DNA of 64,000 nt from Octopus sinensis. Lineage: Eukaryota. Position numbers and translations under genes: made by a program. The stretch is taken from contig NC_043005.1 of the NCBI RefSeq assembly GCF_006345805.1, forward strand, positions 61,318,001 through 61,382,000, written 5' to 3'. Positions 55,798-64,000 of this stretch are shown here, in pieces (the first letter of the stretch is position 1; every line of letters begins with the position of its first letter). A model generated the notes under the pieces. It saw only the letters and a program-made list of their open reading frames with translations, searched no databases and was not told the DNA's origin.

Positions 55798-56554
55798 TAT
55801 TGAATTATTTCACGTCTCTTGAACTTTCTAAACTCTTTACATGTGTGTGTGTAAAAGTAGTAGAGACACCTGAGTTAAAAGGGTACTGGGCGGAATAAGT
55901 TTTCAATATTGAGGCCCAATTTCCTTAGTTCGAACTTCAAACATTTGATTGATCTACGCTTTATATCAAATTGCTTGGATGTCGATAAAAATAATTTCCC
56001 TTATCATATAAAGATCAATGAAATTTACTATACAACAGCCGCAAGAATATATGCTGTTGTGCATACCAAGAGAAAAACTAATTATATAGTTTCTTTCATT
56101 CTTACAGAAATTCACATAGAAAACACTTCCGTACAGATATATAATTGTCGTTAAATGGAAAAAAGCGGTGTTTTAGAAAAGTTTTTGATGTTCTGTTAAG
56201 TGCTTCACTGTACAATTAACGTACCACCCCAAAAATTCAACACATATTTTTTCATTTTCCTAACTATGTTCATAGGTGTTGTTCGGAAATGCTTAATACT
56301 ATTTCGTCAGAACAACGTCTTACATTTTTGACGATGATGTGTGCATTATTAATGCAATCGAACCATAAATATCATTTGTGTTTAACTTGTCGATCCCTAG
56401 AGTTGGAGAAGACAAAATAAGGTTTGTTTTTATGACATTATTGGTTATATTTCGTTTTATGAAGATTTTGCCCCTCAATCTGTAATGTTATAAATTTATT
56501 CAAATAATGTAGGGAAGCAACCAAAACTTTTGAAGCTTAGTCCTTTCCCCTACA

Positions 56555-57135
56555 GAATATAAAACCAAGCATGGTCGAGTTTGCCATTACTTGCACTGGA
56601 GTGTATGTTGTCACTATGATATCCTGAACCCTTAAAACTGGTATGAACACCATCCAGAGCCAGTCACTTGGGAAGATAATTTTACCATTCTATGGGATTA
56701 TGGGATAGGCAAAGATAAAAAAATAAACCAGACATCGTCATTAAAGACCTAAGACAAAAACATGCCTGTTAAATGATATGACAGTGCATTCTGATAGTAA
56801 CATCTCAGCAAAGGAATTTGAAAAACTGCCGAAATATAAGGACCCTGACATGGAGATATTTAGGAAATGGCAATTAAAAACCAAAACCGTTCCCTGGTGT
56901 TGTGGATGCCCTAGGAAGGATCAAGAAAAGTAGTAACAATTTTCTTTACTTTATCACTGGAAAACAAGCAGTCTGTTAGACTCATAGAATTGTGTTGATA
57001 TCAATCACCCGCGTTTTGAGGAAATTTCTCTCCATCTAATATATACATGTCTTAGGTCTCTGGTTCAGACACAGCCGAAAGATGAAATAAAATGCAAATC
57101 AATCAGAAAATAATAATGATAGTAATAATAATAAC
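56555..57135 (+). mobile_element. Older R4/Dong-like LINE 3' fragment
   Basis: KHGRVCHYLHW..WYEHHPEPVT..TILWDY..KPDIVIKD..SAKEFEKLPKYKD; AAT-like tail. Confidence 0.85.
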
Positions 57136-57454
57136 AGACAGAGAGACAGATAGATAGATCCGGTAGTAACAAACTTCTTATAAACAATTTTAGTAGTTTA
57201 TCACAATAGTAGGAGGCAACAGCTTCGCCCAGTACTACTATATATATTTATATTTCCTTCTATATTAATACTCTGTTTTCTCGCTTATAATATACATATG
57301 TGTATTGGCGTGTGTTTGTACGTGCGTGTGTGTGTGTCTTCACATTCTATGATATAAGCAGAGATTTTATGTGAATAACAAAGAATAGTTACGCACTTAT
57401 TAACGCGTATATTTATATATATCTATTTGCTAACATACATTCACACACGCTTGC

Positions 57455-57494
<40 letters not shown>

Positions 57495-60400
57495 GTATAA
57501 GTGTTCATATATTCACTTACAACATATATATAAATTTGCATATCATATGAGGGGGTATGCACACATATACAAGAACGTGTGTATGCGTATGAAATCACTA
57601 TGTATTATTTGGGAATTCATATTGATTAATATGTGTATCAGACGGACAATAAATTTATTTAAAGTGTTTTTTCCGTTATTTTCGGTTCGTTCGCCTTCTT
57701 TTCTCAATACCTCATTCATGTTCATAGTGTGGTTACCGTGAATACTAAATGATCTTGCTGAGAGGACGCATTGAAAATATACACTTTATTCAGACATGTC
57801 TATTTGCAATATATTGCTTAAATAAACTTTGCTACCAACCCCATTTGGTAATGGAGAAAAGGGAAGACAAAGGGGAAGACACCGAGGAAAAGAAAGTGAG
57901 CGGATGCGGGAGAGAAAAGTAGAGTCACAGATAGAAGAGTAGAAGAAAAGGAAGGAAGAAACAAGAAAATACGTTTTTCTATATTTTGCTATATGCAAAT
58001 GTAAGAATTTTTTTGTTAATATTGTAGGCATCTCTCTTTTTATCGTTTTAGGTTTCTTCACCTTTGCTATTTTATTATTCAGACCAATAATACCGCAATC
58101 GACAACTCTTTATTTATAAAACAATATCATTTAATGGGCGAATACATATATATGATTGCCATTATTTACGAAAGGAATGCGACTGGTGAAATCAATAACG
58201 TGTCTGAATATCATTCGAAATATCGATATTTCTTGTATAGATACTAATATTAATGCCCTTTCTATAGTGACGAGATATTAACTATCATTGTATGAGTTCA
58301 AAAAGTCGTGACCGAACCAGTGGATAATTTTCTATGGAGTCACACATCTGCTAGTGATAGGAACCACAGCTCATTCAAATCACTCATTACAAGTATAATC
58401 GAAAGAAGGATGCATAACACAATGAGAAGTTTTAATGTGATCGTATCACTAAATAAAAGAGTTAATGAATGAAAATATTTTCATTTTTAGTTGCTCGATA
58501 ATTACATATTCAAACTAAACTTTGTCCGGTTACATCGAATACAGACCTCAAACAAGGTGACTGAGTCAGGAGTTTTAATACATAATCCGACAAAATAGAT
58601 ATTGTTTCAAGAAAGTATCCGACTCACTGGAGATAAAATGGGAAAGAAAGGAAAATAGATAGATATATTAGTGCGTGTTTGTGTATGTATCTGTAGTATT
58701 TATATGAGCATGGAGCACACAGTTAAGCTTACCACCAAAAGGAATAAATAAATGTTCATACTTACTATCTTCCATCAACAACCAACTGAATTCTATTCGC
58801 AAAATTATGGTGTACCTGAGTTAGAAGACACATGCTCAAGTTTCCATGCAGTGGAATCGAACTATAAACAACCTTGCTGCAAATCGAACTTAATTATCGC
58901 ACAAACATTCCTACTCCCTTAAATCCATTGTATTTCAATTACATAAAAAGATTCTTACTCATTGTCACAAGGTCAAGCACACTTGCTACCTAGTAATTGG
59001 TTCTCGAGGACGCAAATGCCTGCTTGGTAATTATTTATTAAGATCAGGTGTACGATATACATAGCAGGTTGATTTATCAACAGTGAAATTGATTAAGTCA
59101 AGACTTATGAAAATTAAATATAGTGTTTTAGAAAATAATACACCAATGCATGTGATACGTTATCTCAAACGCGTCGGTCACTCTGTTACATTTAATGGTT
59201 ATTTTTTCCGAAATTGGTGGATTTTAACAATTTTCAATACATTTAAACTGTTTTCACGTCTGTAGATGTAACTCCGATAAAAATGATATCTACATTAATC
59301 ATATGATAATAATATATCTATGAAAATGAATATCTATATTTATTATCTGGGTAATGTATAAAAAAACAAATTACTTCTAGATTTTTCATTCTCCAGTACT
59401 GAAATCAATAGACATCACATTTATCTCTAAGATATGATAATAATATTCTTTGAATATAAATCATTCGGTAATACAATATGTTGATGCTGTACAAATTTAT
59501 TAATAACCTTCGTGTTCGAAAAGGGAACAGTTCTGCGTTGTTCAGAGAGTACTTCGATTTCAATTCTCGGTTGAATATTTTGTATGCTTTTAATATTCTT
59601 GGGAACATTATGAAAGACATTTTATACTACTTATTTCTTTGGCAAAAATATAAGTAAAACATAACTGATTCATTTAAAGATGTTTTATAATCTACACAAA
59701 TATATTTCCCTAAGCCAACTGATTTCTCAAGGATTTCCAATGACATTATAGGTATAGAGTAATATATCTGTTCAGTTAGGGATGGACTTTCTTAAAGATT
59801 ACTTGTTCTAATGCAACCGCCTATAAATTTTAAACGCTTTGGAGAAATAACGCAGAAATGTCATCTTCATGACAACGTAATTAAGTTGGTTTTAAATATT
59901 TAGGACATGATGCATTCAAATGTTGACTAAAAGTTAACCATGGGGAAAAGGAACAAAAAATAACAGTCAATTACTAAAATCATTTTATTTATTTCTGGAA
60001 GAACGTGAGACAACAGCCTGCACGATTTGTTTTTAGTATGACCTGATTACCGAAGAAGATTTTTAGCGCACTTCTCGGCGTAGTTAGTATTGAATCCCTA
60101 AGTAACTACGTTTTACAACCAATGTACCTTGCACAACACAGTCACTTAAGAATTCCCTCCTCGTTACACCCATACTTCAGTAATCAGGTTATACAAAAAC
60201 CAAAATGTGTCAGCTATTGTTTCACGTGATTTTGGAAATAAGTAAAATAATATTAGTAATTAAGTAACTTCTAGTTATCTTTTGAATACTCTGTGTTATA
60301 AATATATGAACGCTAACCTCATTATTTTGACTTGAAAATTACTTTCGGAGTTATTAAGTCTCTAAAGCGTTTTAAATTTATAATTAATCTGCTTAGAACA

Positions 60401-61231
60401 CATAATTCTAGTTCAACTAATTGTCTTTAGCCTATACCCCTAATACCATGAAAAATCTATGATATAATACCTTTGAGAATACTGGACTTCCTCAGCGAAT
60501 TATGAACATCATTTTACTTACCGAAATATTGTGGAGATAATCACTAAAGTAACTGAAATCTTCGAACTTATAAAAATTGAAATTCTCAGAGAAAAAGTTT
60601 GGTTATTCTATTGTTTAAAATAAGTCAGTTCTGATCAAGCAGCTCTGATTGAAAGATTAAAAACAACATACCAAAAGATCATATTCGCTTATTTTTTTTA
60701 ATATTTTTATCTAAAGCTACATGGTCCCAGGTGTCTTCTATTTCTAATAAAGCCCTCTTTTTATTAATATTCATTTAATCCACCTGTGATGCTGAATTTT
60801 ACAATGGACAGCAAAGTTTATTGAATCCTACCAAACAAAAAATCAACTCACTGTTACTTAGGCGAAGGGAAAAAATGGATATTTAAATTCTATTTTAACA
60901 GGTCTTTAGTCGTCACATAATGTCACCTTTTGTTGCAAGACACACACACACACGTATATATATATATATTATATATATATATATATACACACACACACTG
61001 TCAAGTGACAATTTATGTATTCTATTAAATTGTAGAGTCTACAAAAAAGACTCGACCGCGATGCAGAATCAGTCCTAGAGATGAAAGTGCATGCAGTATA
61101 TTTCTTATTATACTCGTTTGGGTGTTGTAATTTGGCCTCCTTTATCATTTATCGAGTACTTCATTTTAACTGTGCATATTCCAAACTCTCATATACTATA
61201 GCCTAATATATATATATATATATGTGTGTAT

Positions 61232-61338
61232 ATGTAAAAAAATACAAACTGGGACAAGAACGCAAAACATTTAGAAGACGATACAAAAAACACGGACGGG
61301 ACATTCGAAGCCTTCAATCTTCAGTCAAGAACCGGATC

Positions 61339-61340
<2 letters not shown>
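61232..61340 (-). mobile_element. Short PLE-like terminal fragment between (TA)n tracts
   Basis: ~110-bp unique insert, T-rich on the minus strand with a gtcttc motif like the other PLE 3' ends here. Confidence 0.35.
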
Positions 61341-61381
<41 letters not shown>

Positions 61382-61599
61382 ATATATATATTTTTGTGAA
61401 ATAGAAAGATGAATAATCTTGTTGCAGATTAATCAAAAGTTTAACCGATACCTTGATAGCAAAAATCACAGCAGAAGACAGCACGGTTGGAGGTACAACC
61501 ATATGGTGTTGCAACCGTGCGTTGGTGCGGATAATTGAATTTTAATATTATTAGTGAATTGAAGAAATGGAGTTGAACGAAGATTGAACAGAAATCGTT

Positions 61600-61695
61600 T
61601 TATTGCATTCTACACGTGTTTCGAAAGGCACAATTTACCAAATTCCGATTGAATAAGGAGACCATATTGTGTCTTTCTCTTCAGGAAGAAATAGG
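61600..61695 (-). ncRNA. Type I hammerhead ribozyme in the inverted pLTR
   Basis: Minus strand: ttc-CTGAAGA-gaaagacacaat...attgtgcctttc-GAAA-c-acgt-GTA-gaa. Confidence 0.85.
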
Positions 61696-61976
61696 AAATC
61701 CGTTGGAAAAAACAAAAAACAGAACAGAGGCGGAGCAAAACAAATCGAACGAGGCTCCTAAGAGCCCATGGCCAAACTGTTTATCAATGTATGTTGAAAA
61801 CTGGTGGTGGGTGCGTTGAAGGTTTTAACGGGTCAGGCAGCGGTCATTCCAGTGGGTGGGAGCACGGGGTGCTTAGATGTTCTTTGTGACCGAGACTAAA
61901 GTTCTGACTATTTAAAGAATATTAGGTGTATTATTTCCTTACATTATTTCCTTACATTATTTCCTTTAAGGAAATA

Positions 61977-64000
61977 ATGTTGAAACACGGAATTCAAATG
62001 AGAACGCAGCCGCTTAGCCCTAAGCAACCTAGATTCATAGTGAAGGACCATAAACCGAACTTCCACACCAACCCAGCGCTAAGACTCATATGCCCTGCTA
62101 GCTCTGATATCGGGATAATCAGTAAGTACATTTTAGATAAATATATCCCTAGTTTAGTAAACAAACTGAAGCTCAGCCTTTGGGCCAACTCCTCGCAGGT
62201 AGTGAAGTGGTTCTCTTCCATCCCCAATAAGAACCGTACTAGGTTCATCCAGTTCGATATCGCCAGCTTCTACCCCTCGATTAACCCTAGTGTACTAAAT
62301 AAGGCCCTTTGGCATGCTCACAACAAGGCTGGCCTCACCAGAGAAGAAATAGATATCATTTTAGTTGCCAGGAAATCGTTTATTAAGTTTGATAATAAGT
62401 TGTGGATCCGTAAAGATACTCCCAATGAATTTGATGTGCCTATGGGTAGTTCGGATAGTGCGCAGATAGCCGATTTGGTCGGTATATATATTCTCTACGA
62501 ATTGTCCGACCAATTCCCAGAGATCGCGGGTGGCCTGTATCGTGACGATTGTCTGTTTTACCTGCAAAACACCACGAACAGAATAGTGCAGAAAACTAAC
62601 AGCAGGTTAACTAGGTTTTTTAATAGAATGGGCATGAATATAGTTTTTGATAATGAACTCACCAAGGCAAATTTCCTAGACGTTACACTTAACCTTAATA
62701 GCGACTCATACTGCCCTTACCATAAGCCTTCCACTAATTTGAAGTATGTCAGTGTCTTCTCCAATCATGCCAAAACCGTAACAGACAATTTGGTTAAAAA
62801 CATCTCTCTAAGATTGTCTGGCTTGTCCGCTAGTGCCGATATTTTTATGCAGAAAGCGGAATTTTATAACGCCGCACTATCCAAGGCCGGTTATAGGCAG
62901 AAGGTAATTTATATTGATCCGGCCCTTCCGATGACATCATTCGGTCATCAGGATAGGGCCGTCTATAATAACATTAATAATTTAAGTAGTGACGGGAGCG
63001 CGGCGGGTGCTGGGGCAGTCGCTCCCGCATTTAATTTAGCGAACAAGGATAATTATCGGTCCGGGGGATCTCAAACTAACCCAAAACCCGTTATTCATCC
63101 GAGAATCACCCACCCGAATGCGAGAGCTGGCGTCCCGACCCATCACATAAATAGGAACAAGCATATAGGGTTTGTAATTCCCTTTGGTAAGCAGATTAGA
63201 ACTAACCTCCCCCTCATGTTTCGACAAGCCATCGCCAATAACTTCCCCAGAAATTCCAAATATTACTCCACGGTTAATTCGCATAAAGTTAGGATCGCTT
63301 TCTCCAACACTAAAAACCTCGCCCAGATAGTCGCCTCCCATAATAATAGGATGCTTACTAAGACCCTACCACCTTTTTCCGGAGGCACAGCTTCTTCCGC
63401 TCCCGGTTTAACGCTCAGTAGGAATAATAATAGTAGTAATAATGATATGAGAGCCAGTACAGTGACTCATAATCTCAGCTCCAACCAGGGATTATATACT
63501 AGGGGTATAGTTATAAATAAGGGTGATGTCATTGACGGTAACGATGACAGTAGTGGGGTGAGCGCAGCTCGGCTCGCTAGGGTAGAGAGTCCCAATAGCA
63601 ACTCCAGCATCGTTTCCGGCAATAGCAGCACCACGGGCACTAGCAATGACAGCACTCTGAGTGATAGTGTAGAATCAGGGGTTATTCCGTTAGTTAATAG
63701 TGACGTAGTGGAAAATAAAGTAGTAAGCGGCTGCAGTTCTCGCAACAAATATAGTAACAGTAACGCAGTTCTAATTTCAGAAACTAATCCTAATAGAATA
63801 AGGTTCACGTCGGTGAACTCCAAGATCAGAAACGCCGTCTACCAATGTAAGGTTTACACGGACTCAGATGTCTACTCTTATGTCGGGGCCTCATCGTCAA
63901 GATTGTCCTCACGAATCTCCAACCATTACGCAACTTTTCGAGACGTGAATAAATGCCAGACCACGGGACTTAGCAAGCTAATATGGCGATTGAAGAATAC
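61977..64000 (+). CDS. PLE reverse transcriptase/GIY-YIG endonuclease ORF, uninterrupted to the window end (absent from the ORF track)
   Basis: Hand translation: MLKHGIQMRTQPLSPKQPRFIVKDHKPNF..FDIASFYPSI..PMGSSDSAQIADLVG..LYRDD..NFLDVTL..SNH..AVYQC..YVGAS..RISNHY..LSKLIWRLKN, no stop; natural N-terminus probably truncated. Confidence 0.9.
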   Translation, partial: MLKHGIQMRTQPLSPKQPRFIVKDHKPNFHTNPALRLICPASSDIGIISKYILDKYIPSLVNKLKLSLWANSSQVVKWFSSIPNKNRTRFIQFDIASFYPSINPSVLNKALWHAHNKAGLTREEIDIILVARKSFIKFDNKLWIRKDTPNEFDVPMGSSDSAQIADLVGIYILYELSDQFPEIAGGLYRDDCLFYLQNTTNRIVQKTNSRLTRFFNRMGMNIVFDNELTKANFLDVTLNLNSDSYCPYHKPSTNLKYVSVFSNHAKTVTDNLVKNISLRLSGLSASADIFMQKAEFYNAALSKAGYRQKVIYIDPALPMTSFGHQDRAVYNNINNLSSDGSAAGAGAVAPAFNLANKDNYRSGGSQTNPKPVIHPRITHPNARAGVPTHHINRNKHIGFVIPFGKQIRTNLPLMFRQAIANNFPRNSKYYSTVNSHKVRIAFSNTKNLAQIVASHNNRMLTKTLPPFSGGTASSAPGLTLSRNNNSSNNDMRASTVTHNLSSNQGLYTRGIVINKGDVIDGNDDSSGVSAARLARVESPNSNSSIVSGNSSTTGTSNDSTLSDSVESGVIPLVNSDVVENKVVSGCSSRNKYSNSNAVLISETNPNRIRFTSVNSKIRNAVYQCKVYTDSDVYSYVGASSSRLSSRISNHYATFRDVNKCQTTGLSKLIWRLKN

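Larger units (their letters stand above)
61395..64000 (+). mobile_element. Second Naiad-type Penelope-like element: tail + inverted pLTR (~61545-61930) + open RT/GIY-YIG body; runs off the window
   Basis: The reverse complement of the inverted part ends aatcttcgttcaactccatttcttcaattc, homologous to the 3' end of the 29-31 kb element; preceded by (TA)n. Confidence 0.92.

Noticed and set aside
61290-61330. Minus-strand CTGAAGA..GAATGTC hammerhead candidate
   Set aside because: Core spacing and GAAA are not canonical.

Overview
This is AT-rich, microsatellite-dense eukaryotic DNA. Its repeat content resembles an octopus/cephalopod genome (recognition, not proven). No complete host gene is evident, and most ORF-track entries are translations of microsatellites. 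Transposon content: (i) two Penelope-like retroelements of the Naiad type (RT + GIY-YIG) in (TA)n tracts, one decayed (29.3-31.8 kb) and one whose ORF is open from 61977 to the window end and is missing from the ORF track; both carry hammerhead ribozymes; (ii) several tiny fold-back elements in (TA)n tracts with the same architecture, some with hammerhead cores; (iii) two near-identical R4/Dong-type RLE LINE copies in (AAT)n tracts, older RLE fragments and an L1/Tx1 3' end; (iv) two mariner relics and MITE-like inverted repeats; (v) many copies of three tRNA-derived SINE families. Possible host sequence: a heavily decayed intronless ionotropic glutamate receptor-like pseudogene (minus strand, ~8.7-10.9 kb) and a few candidate micro-exons. 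Most interesting: a conserved ~150-nt tail on the inverted 5' repeat of both Naiad-type elements, a reiterated 13-mer at one 5' junction, covarying long-stem hammerheads, and low-complexity linkers where a zinc finger is expected.
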